From contig CP122380.1 of the NCBI GenBank assembly GCA_024650005.2, positions 1,440,001-1,504,000 of the forward strand: a DNA stretch of 64,000 nt, in the 5' to 3' direction. The notes under the pieces are model-generated. The model was not told the DNA's origin, did no database searches, and saw only the letters and a program-made list of their open reading frames with translations. This document shows, piece after piece, positions 1 to 9,819 of this stretch; position 1 is the stretch's first letter, and every line of letters begins with the position of its first letter. Position numbers and translations under genes: made by a program. The DNA is from Candidatus Bathyarchaeum tardum. GTDB lineage: Archaea; Thermoproteota; Bathyarchaeia; Bathyarchaeales; Bathyarchaeaceae.

Positions 1-5
1 AAAAA

Positions 6-461
6 TTGTCTGAGTTAGGAAGTGAATGTGTTGGAACTTTTTATCAAATAGATACATATTTTAAAGTTCCAGAAGGTCGATTAAAACTAAGGCAAGTAAA
101 AGGAAGCAGCAACGCAGAATTGATTTATTATGAGCGGGAAAACATTGCTGGCCCTAAACAAGATGACGCGTTTTTGTTGCGGGTTCAGGACGCTGATGAT
201 TTCAAAATTGTTCTGAAAAGAATTCTCAAACAAAGCATAATAATTGAAAAAGAAAGAGAAATCTACATTCACCAAGGAACCCAGATTCATCTGGACACGG
301 TGAAGGGGCTTGGCAAATTTGTTGAGTTTGAACGGCAAACCAGCAATGAGCCTGAAAATGTAAAAAAAGACCAACATGTTCTAGAAGAGCTAAGAAAACA
401 ACTAGAAATCAGCTCAAACAGATTAGAAACCCTTTCTTACAGCGACCTAGCGCAAAAATGA
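6..461 (+). CDS. cyaB: CYTH-domain protein (class IV adenylate cyclase/triphosphate tunnel enzyme), probably 5'-truncated by the window edge
   Basis: QIDTYF, GRLKLR, KEREIY, IHLDTVKGLGKFVEFE and terminal SYSDL motifs of the CYTH family. Confidence 0.85.
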   Translation: MSELGSECVGTFYQIDTYFKVPEGRLKLRQVKGSSNAELIYYERENIAGPKQDDAFLLRVQDADDFKIVLKRILKQSIIIEKEREIYIHQGTQIHLDTVKGLGKFVEFERQTSNEPENVKKDQHVLEELRKQLEISSNRLETLSYSDLAQK

Positions 462-594
462 GAAAGTCTAAGGAACACAATTTGTGTTGCTTTAGTTTTT
501 ATGAAAAAAGATTGTTTTCAACATAGAACTACTATTAGGATACATATAGGATAAGGTTGCACTTCATTTTGTTCAAATCAAACAGCAAAGAACG

Positions 595-1011
595 CTATCT
601 AAGCAAATTATTGGGAACGCTAACCCAGATAGACTCGTTATATTGTAACCAAATGCTTGGTGAATCGTAAATTATTCCACCATTATGGTAATCGAGAACG
701 TTTTGGGTGCAATTAACAAGGATAGACTCAATATTTACTATTGTTGGAGAGTTTGGATCTGGGAGGCTTTCGTTTATTGAGGACACTTGTTTTCCACAAT
801 AACGAAGGTCAATAACAAGGCAAGACCCGTTTGTGTACAGCTCTTCTGCGGTAGGTAAATCAGACCAACGCTCCATAACATCACTGTCTGGTAATAAAAC
901 TCTACCATTAGAGTCTCGTGATTCTGATACTGAACCAGTAGCCTGTGCAAGAGAGAAAATGAGCAGAAAAGGAATAACAACCAAGCCCATTATGAGAGGA
1001 AAATTTATCAT
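595..1011 (-). CDS. Hypothetical exported protein
   Basis: 138-aa ORF with hydrophobic signal-like N-terminus and GGAG upstream. Confidence 0.55.
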   Translation of the reverse strand: MINFPLIMGLVVIPFLLIFSLAQATGSVSESRDSNGRVLLPDSDVMERWSDLPTAEELYTNGSCLVIDLRYCGKQVSSINESLPDPNSPTIVNIESILVNCTQNVLDYHNGGIIYDSPSIWLQYNESIWVSVPNNLLR

Positions 1012-1093
1012 TTGTTTCTCCCTTGCACAGTTGATGTGTTAGCAAGTTATTTTCCGTGCTAAAGTATTTAGTTCTATACTTTAGAACAGTGAT

Positions 1094-1876
1094 TTAGTCT
1101 GTTTTGTTTCGTCGTATTTCGATTCCTTTGTCTAGAGCTATTATGTTAACAAGATGTTGTATGCCAGAGGTTTGAACCTTTTTTTCTAAAACTTCTTCGA
1201 TTTGGAAAACTCCTGCGGGGTTGTTCATGCTTACAAAGATTTGTACGGGTTTTCGGGGTCCTTTTTCGATTTCCACTTTGGTTATAGACAACGCAGAAAG
1301 GGAATGAATATCTACTTTTCCAGTCCGGTAGGGTATTCGGGTTCTTCCTTTGGCCATGTCGGTTCCGTCGGCTACTTTTGCTGCTCCGGCTTCGATGCTT
1401 AAGCATTCTATGTATTCTTCGTGGGCAAAGATGGAGTGTAAAATTTCAGATTTCATTCTTACAATCTTGGTCACATCATCAGGATAAACCGTTCTGAGAA
1501 GCCGGTCCAGAATCGGATTGGCCAAAATACAACTATGAAAAGGGTGATCGACTCGGTGAATGCTGTTGCCTAAATCGTGGAGATAAGAACCGCATAAAAC
1601 GATAACTTTTGCATCTTCTAGGCAGCATGCACGGTTTTGCAGAGTTGTAGGTGTAACTTCCTGAGATATCAGATCAAAAATTTCAAGGGCGCTTCCTGCT
1701 GTGATTTTGGCGTGGACGGGTCCGTGGTCGTTGTATCTGAGGCGTTCTACTGCCATTGTGTTTGACATGTAAAGGGTGTTCTGGATTTCGGGGTCGTTTT
1801 CCATTAATTGGAACATTTGTTTGACTTTTGGTTCGTCCAGATGGGAATTTATCAGGTTCGAAGAAACAACAACCAT
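1094..1876 (-). CDS. HD-superfamily phosphohydrolase (COG3294-like)
   Basis: YNDHGPVH, YLHDLGN, ADGTDMAKGR, DIHSLSA motifs. Confidence 0.85.
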   Translation of the reverse strand: MVVVSSNLINSHLDEPKVKQMFQLMENDPEIQNTLYMSNTMAVERLRYNDHGPVHAKITAGSALEIFDLISQEVTPTTLQNRACCLEDAKVIVLCGSYLHDLGNSIHRVDHPFHSCILANPILDRLLRTVYPDDVTKIVRMKSEILHSIFAHEEYIECLSIEAGAAKVADGTDMAKGRTRIPYRTGKVDIHSLSALSITKVEIEKGPRKPVQIFVSMNNPAGVFQIEEVLEKKVQTSGIQHLVNIIALDKGIEIRRNKTD

Positions 1877-1939
1877 TCGTGATTCCTCATATTAAATTAG
1901 AGATCAGCAAATATGAACTTTAAGCAACAAAAATTGGAA

Positions 1940-2575
1940 TTACATTGAAGAGCAAAGGTCACGTTTCTCGATATAGGTTACTGGGTCAACTTCTTTTATG
2001 GTTGCGCCGTCCACGTCGATTATGTAGATTGTGTGGATCCGGGAGTTTTTTATTTCATCATAAGTTACTGGGGGATTTTTGTAGTATAGGTCACACAAAA
2101 CTTTGAGGTGTTTAAGGTCAGTTTTTGTTCTGCTTCGGGGGGGCTTCACTAAAGCGACAGGAATTTGCAACAAATAATAGGGGGGAACACCTAAAGCAAA
2201 TTTGTCTGAATGATTACCATATCGGATTATTTTGCTTGCGATTCGGGATTGGCGATATTTTGCAGGGTCAAGGGCATGACTTGGAGGAATAAAACCAGTT
2301 TCTATTTCTACAATGTGGGAACCAAAACCTTTCATGCCATAAAGGTCGCAGACTAAACCGTTTACAGGGCGTTCGATGTCTACTTCGTAGCCTTTCAAAA
2401 TTAAATGTTTGGCGCACACCATTTCCATAACTGAATGGTTAATTTTAACCACGTTTTCTTCATGCATCTTAATCAGTTTTTGTTTCAAGGCATCAATTTT
2501 TTTTTGTGCATCTTCAGGAGTTTCCCTGTTTAGTTTTGCAGTTAGAATATCTAAATCCCTATTGAATTTGTCCAT
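1940..2575 (-). CDS. Conserved archaeal hypothetical protein with PD-(D/E)XK-like core
   Basis: GYEVDIE...CDLYG...VEIETG pattern. Confidence 0.6.
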   Translation of the reverse strand: MDKFNRDLDILTAKLNRETPEDAQKKIDALKQKLIKMHEENVVKINHSVMEMVCAKHLILKGYEVDIERPVNGLVCDLYGMKGFGSHIVEIETGFIPPSHALDPAKYRQSRIASKIIRYGNHSDKFALGVPPYYLLQIPVALVKPPRSRTKTDLKHLKVLCDLYYKNPPVTYDEIKNSRIHTIYIIDVDGATIKEVDPVTYIEKRDLCSSM

Positions 2576-2760
2576 GTTCTCAACCTTTTAGAAACTGCAA
2601 CAAAAGTTTCTGTTAATAGTTGGTGTAATGTCTACGACAAAAGCTTTTGCACAAAAATCCTAGAAGCCCAAACTAAAACGGGAAAGAAAAGGGACAAAGC
2701 CCTTGCAAAGCGTATTCAATTAAGTGGGGAAAAAAAATGCCCCAATTTTGTTTTGGCGGT

Positions 2761-3039
2761 TTAGTCTTTGATTGCTTCAAGCAGGCTCATAACGTTCCAG
2801 AGCTTAACTCGGGTATAAGGTGGCATGTTTGGGTCCTGCAATATTTCATCAAGTACAGATATCGCGTTTGCAGCTCGAACTGCAGGTGTATCATCTGGGA
2901 CTTGAAGGGAGGTAATGGATTGTTTTGCGGCTCGGCGTATGTTTCGGGGAGTCGTAGTGTCTTCGGAAACCATACCAAGAACGTTTGATGCTTCGGCAAT
3001 TCTTTCCTCGTATTCTTGTAGTTGTTTTTTGCGCACCAT
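2761..3039 (-). CDS. UPF0147 family protein
   Basis: DTTTPRNIRRAA...LDEILQDPNMPPYTR signature. Confidence 0.9.
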   Translation of the reverse strand: MVRKKQLQEYEERIAEASNVLGMVSEDTTTPRNIRRAAKQSITSLQVPDDTPAVRAANAISVLDEILQDPNMPPYTRVKLWNVMSLLEAIKD

Positions 3040-3210
3040 ATATAAGCCTCCTATACTATCTGCCTAAACTAAAAGCACTATATTTAATCTTATCTTATAC
3101 ATGAAAAAATGTTCCTGTTTACGGCAACAGTAACATACAAAACATGATAGATAGTTAATTAACTGTTGTAGCATTATATTTTATCCAAAGCTTCACTAGC
3201 AGGGATTAAT

Positions 3211-3564
3211 GTGACAGAAAATTCAGAAAGCATCAAAGTAATGGCAGATTTACTCAGGCAAGGGGCTACCCTTACTCAACATTCGTGTCCAGCCTGTTCG
3301 TCGCCACTGTTTAAACTTCAGAACAAAGACATATGGTGCGCTAAATGCCAAAAACGAGTAATTATCGTCAAAGAAGGCGACCCCGAACCCGAAGTTTCTA
3401 AAGCTCCAATGTTTTCTAGTTTGGAATCAACAATTATAAAAAAAATTCAAAACTTAGAAAAACAGCTTGAAGAAGAAAACGATCCTGAAAAAATTACAAA
3501 ACTCGGAGAAACAGTGTCGTCACTTCTTGAAAGTCTTGAAAAAATTAAAAATATGAAAAAGTAG
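3211..3564 (+). CDS. UPF0148 / autoantigen p27-like Zn-ribbon protein
   Basis: MADLLRQGATL...CPACSSPLF...CAKC. Confidence 0.85.
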   Translation: MTENSESIKVMADLLRQGATLTQHSCPACSSPLFKLQNKDIWCAKCQKRVIIVKEGDPEPEVSKAPMFSSLESTIIKKIQNLEKQLEEENDPEKITKLGETVSSLLESLEKIKNMKK

Positions 3565-3584
3565 TTTGCTAACAAAGGTCGTTT

Positions 3585-4100
3585 GTGGTGCTTGGACGTT
3601 TTGATAGTTTTCCAAAAAATGTTCACAATGTAGCTGTATTTAACTGTCAAGATCCAGAAACAAAGGTTCAGCAAGCTATTGTTTGTAGTTTTCAGCGTTT
3701 AAACCAGCTAACTTTTGAGTTGAACCAGTTAATATCCTTCTTGAAACAGGACTACAAAGTCAGTTTCGAGGTGGGCATAGCAGATGGCTCTGATTTCATG
3801 TTTTTAACCAAGAATGAACTTGAACATGCTTTGAAAGCAGTTGAAAAAAACGAGTTAGAGGTTTTAGATTTCTTTGTTGTTGTTCGGTATCATCGAATAA
3901 ACGAAAAAGGCAAGCAGATTCCGTTACGGTTCGATTACCATGTTTTGCGGTTTGCATTTCATGAAAAACTCTTAGAGTTGCTAATACGCCATGAACGGGG
4001 AACACAACGAGTTCCAATCGAGGATATTATAGAGTTTTTTACAAACCAAATAAACATAGAACTTAAAAAAAGGCAATTATCGCCCTTGAATAAGGATTAA
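3585..4100 (+). CDS. Hypothetical protein
   Basis: 171-aa ORF 20 bp downstream of the previous gene, same strand. Confidence 0.6.
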   Translation: MVLGRFDSFPKNVHNVAVFNCQDPETKVQQAIVCSFQRLNQLTFELNQLISFLKQDYKVSFEVGIADGSDFMFLTKNELEHALKAVEKNELEVLDFFVVVRYHRINEKGKQIPLRFDYHVLRFAFHEKLLELLIRHERGTQRVPIEDIIEFFTNQINIELKKRQLSPLNKD

Positions 4101-4112
4101 CTGGTGAAACCC

Positions 4113-4949
4113 TTATTTTTTAGATAATTTGTTTTCGTAATTTTTTAACGCTTGAATTTCTTTTTGCCGATAACAATTCAATCGCAGGGTTAACTGTTCA
4201 AAATCAACAATATCTCCTTCAAATTCGGGGCCATCAATGCAAGCGAATTTGGTTTGGTCTCCAACTGTTATTCTGCAAGCTCCACACATGCCGCAACCAT
4301 CAACCATTATGCAGTTTAAGCTTACAACAGATTTTATTCCGTGACTTTTGGCTAATTCAACTACAACTTTCATCATTAAAGGTGGACCAATAGCGTAAAC
4401 CAAATCAAAAATGTAATTGTTTTCAATCAAAGTTTTCAGCACATCACTAGCTACTCCTTTTTGTCCTTTTGTACCATCATCAGTAGAAACGTACAATTTG
4501 TCGCTGTATTGTTTTAGTTTATTTTCAAAAACAAGTTGTGCTTCGGTTCGGGCACCAATTATTGAAACAACAGTGTTGCCTGCATTTTTCAATGCCTTAA
4601 TTATGTTGTAAGCGGTAGCCGCGCCTACGCCACCACAAACAACTGCCACTTTTCCGAAATTTTTGATTACAGTAGGAGTACCTAAAGGTCCAGAAATGTC
4701 AAGGATTTTGTCTCCGACTTCAAGAGCGCCCAGCAGAGTTGTTGTCAGGCCAACTTCAACAAAAACAAGAGTTATTGTCCCTTCTGTTGGATTCCAGTCT
4801 GCAAGAGTCAAAGGAATGCGTTCTCCCTTCTCATGTACCCTGACGATCACAAACTGTCCAGCTTTTGTTTTTTGGGCAATTAAAGGTGACCTGATTTGCA
4901 GCAGTTTGATGTCTGAAGCAAGAGTTACTTTCTTGATTATTTCATACAT
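4113..4949 (-). CDS. sudB: Sulfide dehydrogenase beta / NfnA-like FAD- and [2Fe-2S]-binding subunit
   Basis: GERIPLT, GGVG, TDDG, MVDGCGMCGACR...CIDGPEF motifs. Confidence 0.9.
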   Translation of the reverse strand: MYEIIKKVTLASDIKLLQIRSPLIAQKTKAGQFVIVRVHEKGERIPLTLADWNPTEGTITLVFVEVGLTTTLLGALEVGDKILDISGPLGTPTVIKNFGKVAVVCGGVGAATAYNIIKALKNAGNTVVSIIGARTEAQLVFENKLKQYSDKLYVSTDDGTKGQKGVASDVLKTLIENNYIFDLVYAIGPPLMMKVVVELAKSHGIKSVVSLNCIMVDGCGMCGACRITVGDQTKFACIDGPEFEGDIVDFEQLTLRLNCYRQKEIQALKNYENKLSKK

Positions 4950-5136
4950 GGTTTATCGACTTGGTTCCGAAAATTGGTGCTTACTGAATTTACAGTAAAA
5001 GGCAACTAAAGCGTTTCTGCTTTTCATAAGCATTTGTTCACAATTGTAGCTGAAAACTCGATTATTATCAAAAACGATGGGTAACATCCAAAAACTGTAA
5101 GGTATATAAAACAAGAAGTTACTAGAAAGTAATAAT

Positions 5137-5715
5137 ATGATAGTTCCAAGTTTGTTTTCTTCAGATTTTCAGCCAATTTGGCTAAATGAAAAAGATAAAA
5201 ACAGTCCACAAAAGAAACTGACCAACATTGAAGCCTTCTGTTCAATGATAGATTGTGCAGAGGGCTTCCAAGGAGTTTGGGAAATCGTAAAAGAAACAGT
5301 TAAAGTTTTTTTGGGCAAACAAAGACAAGGCATGTTACTATTTTTGGATGACATGCCCCTTCAGCTGGGTGCATATCACCAGTTGGGGACAAACAACATT
5401 GTGCTGAACAGAAGCTTGCTTAACATTGTAGAAACCGTAACTAAATCAAAAAAACTCGTTAACGCCTTTGTTTACAGCATCTTAACCCACGAATATCTGC
5501 ACGCCCTGGGACATGTTTCTGAGGTTGAAGTCCGGTCTTTAGTTTACGACATTTCAAAGCATTGTTTTGGAGAAAAACATATAGTTACATCCCTTGCTGA
5601 AAAGACGCCATGGTCCTTGCTCAAAGGAATCCCATTAAATGAACTGAAACTATCCAAAAATCCCATGGAACTAATCAAAGATTTAGAAAAACCTAACCAT
5701 TCATACATCGTGTAA
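5137..5715 (+). CDS. Zincin-like metallopeptidase-domain protein
   Basis: HEYLHALGH (HExxH); true start may be downstream. Confidence 0.65.
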   Translation: MIVPSLFSSDFQPIWLNEKDKNSPQKKLTNIEAFCSMIDCAEGFQGVWEIVKETVKVFLGKQRQGMLLFLDDMPLQLGAYHQLGTNNIVLNRSLLNIVETVTKSKKLVNAFVYSILTHEYLHALGHVSEVEVRSLVYDISKHCFGEKHIVTSLAEKTPWSLLKGIPLNELKLSKNPMELIKDLEKPNHSYIV

Positions 5716-5718
5716 AGT

Positions 5719-6321
5719 TCACGATTGGTTTTTTAGAAAATCTAAAACAACACTCAAAAGGCTCTTTTCTACTCTAGATTTGGTTCTATCAGCGTTAATG
5801 GGCACAAGTTTTCCATCTTTTACATATTTCAGGTAAACTTTTTGTACTTCTCTTTGAATTTCCAAGTGTTCCATAACTGATTTTTTCCTTCGAATGCGTT
5901 CAACTACAACTTCAGGGGCAACATCAAGATACACAGTTAAATCAGGCAAAAAAGCTGCACTGTTAATTTTTTCGATCCAATCCAACTCAAGCCCCGCAGA
6001 TCCCTGATACGCCAAGGATGAGTAAACACAACGATCTGAAACAACAATTTTTCCCTGGTCTAGGGCGGGTTTTACATCTTTTTGTAGGTGTTCGATTCGG
6101 TCAGCAGCAAACAGAATGGCTTCGACAACTCGGGGAACACGTTTTTTTCCTTCCAGAATGGTCCCCCGTATAAAAGATCCTAATTCGCCCCGGCTGGGCT
6201 CGGTAGTGTACACAGCGTCAAATCCGTGTTTTCGCAAATTTCTTACTAACTTGTGAGTATGAGTTGTCTTTCCGCTTCCATCTAAACCTTCAATGCAGAT
6301 GAATTTCCCTTTGGCAGTCAT
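5719..6321 (-). CDS. tmk: Thymidylate kinase
   Basis: EGLDGSGKTT P-loop, LFAADR, SDR...SSLAYQ. Confidence 0.95.
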   Translation of the reverse strand: MTAKGKFICIEGLDGSGKTTHTHKLVRNLRKHGFDAVYTTEPSRGELGSFIRGTILEGKKRVPRVVEAILFAADRIEHLQKDVKPALDQGKIVVSDRCVYSSLAYQGSAGLELDWIEKINSAAFLPDLTVYLDVAPEVVVERIRRKKSVMEHLEIQREVQKVYLKYVKDGKLVPINADRTKSRVEKSLLSVVLDFLKNQS

Positions 6322-6813
6322 CTTTGATTCAGCCTATTTTGTAATAAGAAAAGAGCAATATAACTTTGTGATTACCATCTGCAAAAAAGTGTTCATTTAT
6401 TTATAACAAATCAAGAAATGAGTTCTGCTAAGGCTCCAACACAGACAAGCTGAAGGAATGAAAAAATGAAAAGCCCGCCTACTGCTATCAGGATGGCAAT
6501 TTTCATTTCTGTGTGAGACCCTTTTCAGCCTCATTTCTTTTATAGGGCAACGTAATTGTTTCATTTTTGCAACATTTACTGTTAAAAAAATTTATGGTAT
6601 CCAATAGATTTGACAATTATTTTTTTTATTCATCTCCATACTATTTATGAAATAAAGATTTGTGAAAGAATATAAAACTATTTTTCAAAATTGAACCCAA
6701 TTTGTTCCAAAATTGTTATAATTATAAGTGGTACTTATGCAAAAAATTTGTAACTTAACGATTACCTTAAATAATGATGCGTCAGATTGACAAAGTTGAG
6801 ATGAAATCGTCAT

Positions 6814-8091
6814 ATGCAACGGCATTGGGGTGAAATTAAAGACCCCGTTCACGGGTATGTTTACATTACTGAAGCAGAAAAGCAGCTCATAGACTCGTAT
6901 CCCGTTCAACGTCTTCGAAGACTGCGACAACTGGCAGGCTCAGAGTTCGTGTATCCAGGAGCAAACCATACCCGCTTTGAGCATTGTTTAGGGGTTATGC
7001 ATCTGGCAGGCAAAGTCGCAGAAAACCAGAACCTCGCCCCCCTTTTGTCAGAAGAAGAAATTCAGACAATTAGAATGGCTTGCCTTCTTCATGATGTTGG
7101 ACATGGTCCTTTTTCTCATGTGTTTGAACATCTTCTGGTCAAATTTTTAGACAAAACCCATGAGGACATGACTCGATGGATAATTGAAGAATCCGAACTG
7201 CGGGACATAATAAACGATGTGGGATACAATCCCGACGATGTGGCAAAACTTGCTGTAGGCAAATTGCGCAAACCCAAAAAAGCGTTCTTGGATCAGATTA
7301 TTCAAAGCGCAGTTGACATCGATAAACTAGATTTCGTGGTAAGGGATACATACCACACGGGAGCAGAATATGGTTACGTGGACATTTTCAGGCTAATTCA
7401 CATGCTGGATGTTCTGGGTGAAAACCTCGCAGTAGATGTTGGAGCCCTGTCCGCATTGGAATCTTTTGTTTTAGCAAGGCTAGAATCTTTCCGAAGCATC
7501 TATTTCCACAGGGTAGGACGAGCGGCTCAAATAATGCTGGCGTCAGCCATGGAAGCAGCAAAGGACGAGTTGAATTTGACAGTTTTTGATTCTCCTGAAG
7601 ATTACCTTGTATTGAACGATTACACTGTTTGGACTAAACTACGGGAATGTGAAAAATCCCGAAAAATAATGGAGAATCTGGAGCGCAGAAAGCTTATGAA
7701 ATGTGCCTACGATCGCACTTTCCATGTTAAAGAAAAGATGGTAACAAGTGTTTTTGGTGTTGACGAAGTTCGAGAGCAAGTCAGAAACAAGATTGCACAA
7801 GAAGCAGCAATTAACCCTGAAGAAATTTATATTGACGTGCCAACGGTGCCTTCTGTTCCGTATCATCATTCAGATTTGCTTGAGCCCATGGAAATTCCGG
7901 TTTTTCAGAAAACTAAAGCAGGAGAAAAAATTCCCTTGCGTTTAAGCGACATTTCTTCAGTATTCGATGTTTTAAAGGGGTTTATCAACATTCTTCGGGT
8001 TTACACAGATGAACAATACGTGGACAAAGTTACTTTAGCAGCGTCAAAGGTTATTGGGGGAACGCCTTCGTCTGCGAAGATTTCTTTTTGA
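6814..8091 (+). CDS. HD-domain dNTP triphosphohydrolase-like protein (SAMHD1/YdhJ family)
   Basis: IKDPVHG, QRLRRLRQL, HTRFEH, LLHDVGHGPFSH, DIDKLD. Confidence 0.9.
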   Translation: MQRHWGEIKDPVHGYVYITEAEKQLIDSYPVQRLRRLRQLAGSEFVYPGANHTRFEHCLGVMHLAGKVAENQNLAPLLSEEEIQTIRMACLLHDVGHGPFSHVFEHLLVKFLDKTHEDMTRWIIEESELRDIINDVGYNPDDVAKLAVGKLRKPKKAFLDQIIQSAVDIDKLDFVVRDTYHTGAEYGYVDIFRLIHMLDVLGENLAVDVGALSALESFVLARLESFRSIYFHRVGRAAQIMLASAMEAAKDELNLTVFDSPEDYLVLNDYTVWTKLRECEKSRKIMENLERRKLMKCAYDRTFHVKEKMVTSVFGVDEVREQVRNKIAQEAAINPEEIYIDVPTVPSVPYHHSDLLEPMEIPVFQKTKAGEKIPLRLSDISSVFDVLKGFINILRVYTDEQYVDKVTLAASKVIGGTPSSAKISF

Positions 8092-8144
8092 TGTCGAAAG
8101 ATTAAAACGTAAGTATGTTATTGAAGGTTGATGTTTCGATTTAG

Positions 8145-8222
8145 GCTCCGATAGTATAGCCAGGTTAAGTATTTCGGCCTTTCGAGCCGAAGACCCGGGT
8201 TCGAATCCCGGTCGGAGCACCA
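8145..8222 (+). tRNA. tRNA-Glu(TTC), CCA encoded
   Basis: GCTCCGA/TCGGAGC acceptor stem, TCGGC-CTTTCGA-GCCGA anticodon arm, GGTTCGAATCC T arm. Confidence 0.97.
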
Positions 8223-8281
8223 ATTATTTAGTATTTTGTTTCTAGAAAAAATTGTTTTCAATATACCCCTTTATTAAGATC

Positions 8282-8586
8282 CTAATTATTCGAGCAGAAG
8301 TGAACTTTTGAAATTAGAGTATATTGTTTCAGTTTTGTTTTTGGGGTTTTGTACAATTTTTTTCGGCAAATTAAAACAACCAGCATTATAGCCCCAATTA
8401 ATGGCAGAACAGCCCATAATGAAAATTCTGGAATCGCATTAATCTCAACAGGAACCATTAAGGGGTTATTGTCGTGATAGTTATCTTGGTTGACTTCTCG
8501 AAAAACATGAGGTATATCTCCTATTCCGTCGCCTTCAGCGTAGTCACCTGAATATTTGTTCCAGTAATTTCCGTCAATCCCATTCC
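8282..8586 (-). pseudogene. C-terminal remnant of a NosD/CASH-like PEF-tailed surface protein
   Basis: Manual translation NGIDGNYWNKYSGDYAEGDGIGDIPHVF...DNNPLMVPVEINAIPEFSLWAVLPLIGAIMLVVLICRKK; N-terminal body missing; overlaps the 3' end of 8521..9819 in another frame. Confidence 0.75.
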
Positions 8587-9819
8587 CCTTTTGTTAGATT
8601 TAGACAGTTTTTTCCCGTAGCCCACAGCAGCCACGATCGCAGCAACAACCAAGGGTAAAACAGCCCATGAAGTAAACTCGGGAATATTACCCATTTCATC
8701 AGTTTTTATTAGCAAGAAATCAGAGTTCCCCTCACCAAATAATGGGTAAAATTCTCCAGCTATAGCATAACCCCCGTCAGAGGTTTCAATTAATGAATGG
8801 GCAATTTCATTATCCGAACATCCATATGTTTGAGTCCATTCTTCAGTACCATTAGCATCTGTTTTAATTAACCAAATATCATGATGATATCCATGATCAA
8901 AAAATTGTTTACTACCAGATATAGCGAAGCCTCCATCAGATGTTAATACTACAGAATTTGCCTGTTCATACTTTGATTCTCCATATTTCTTGTTCCACTC
9001 CATATTTCCGCTGGCATCAGTCTTGACTAACCAAAAATGTGATATGGGTAAAGGTGGAGCAAAATTTGCAGTTCCAGCGATTACATAGCCCCCGTCAGCT
9101 GTTTCATCTACAAAATATGCACTTTCCCAACACCGCGTGCTATATTCGTATGTTTGGCTCCATTCTATATTTCCAAAACTGTTGGTTTTAATTAACCAAA
9201 AATCAGGATGTGTAGAATTAAGAGAGAAGAAGTTGCCAGCCAAAGCAAATCCCCCATCAGAAGTTGTTGTCAATGAAAAAAGATTTGCAAATGCATTTCC
9301 TCCGTATTTTCTTGTCCACTCCAGATTTCCAAGAGAATCAGTTTTTATTAGCTGATTGCTGCCACAAAAAGCATATCCACCATCTGATGTTTCAATCAAG
9401 AACTTAGCTTTTGCTGAGCCGTAAGTTTTATTCCATTGAATATTTCCAATCGAATCAGTCTTAATTAGCCAACAATCGTATAATCCACCCGCTATGGCGT
9501 ATCCCCCATCAGAAGTTTCAATAACCGATCCAACTGAATCATATTTTTTCAGTTCATATGTTTGATTCCATTCCATTATTCCAGCTAAATCGGTTTTAAC
9601 TAATAAAAAAGCCTTATTTTCTTCTCCTTCAGTAACCTCACGAGTGTAACCTCCAATAACATATCCGTTGTCAGACGTTTCTATCACCCAATGGGCAACT
9701 TCATGCTGTGAACTTTCATAAATTTGGTTCCACATCAACGAAGAACCAAAAACTGAACCAATTGGCAAAACCAAAGACAATGCAAATAAAATGACAAGTA
9801 AATGTTCTAGTTTCATCAT
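8521..9819 (-). CDS. Secreted repeat (beta-propeller-like) protein with IPEF-TM-basic sorting signal
   Basis: Signal peptide; repeats of ETSDGGYAIAG...WLIKTDxxGNxEWxxTY; NIPEF + TM + KK. Confidence 0.85.
   Translation of the reverse strand: MMKLEHLLVILFALSLVLPIGSVFGSSLMWNQIYESSQHEVAHWVIETSDNGYVIGGYTREVTEGEENKAFLLVKTDLAGIMEWNQTYELKKYDSVGSVIETSDGGYAIAGGLYDCWLIKTDSIGNIQWNKTYGSAKAKFLIETSDGGYAFCGSNQLIKTDSLGNLEWTRKYGGNAFANLFSLTTTSDGGFALAGNFFSLNSTHPDFWLIKTNSFGNIEWSQTYEYSTRCWESAYFVDETADGGYVIAGTANFAPPLPISHFWLVKTDASGNMEWNKKYGESKYEQANSVVLTSDGGFAISGSKQFFDHGYHHDIWLIKTDANGTEEWTQTYGCSDNEIAHSLIETSDGGYAIAGEFYPLFGEGNSDFLLIKTDEMGNIPEFTSWAVLPLVVAAIVAAVGYGKKLSKSNKRGMGLTEITGTNIQVTTLKATE

Noticed and set aside
4113-4949. 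sudB/nfnA without its large subunit as a novelty
   Set aside because: The partner may lie elsewhere in the genome; this cannot be judged from the window.
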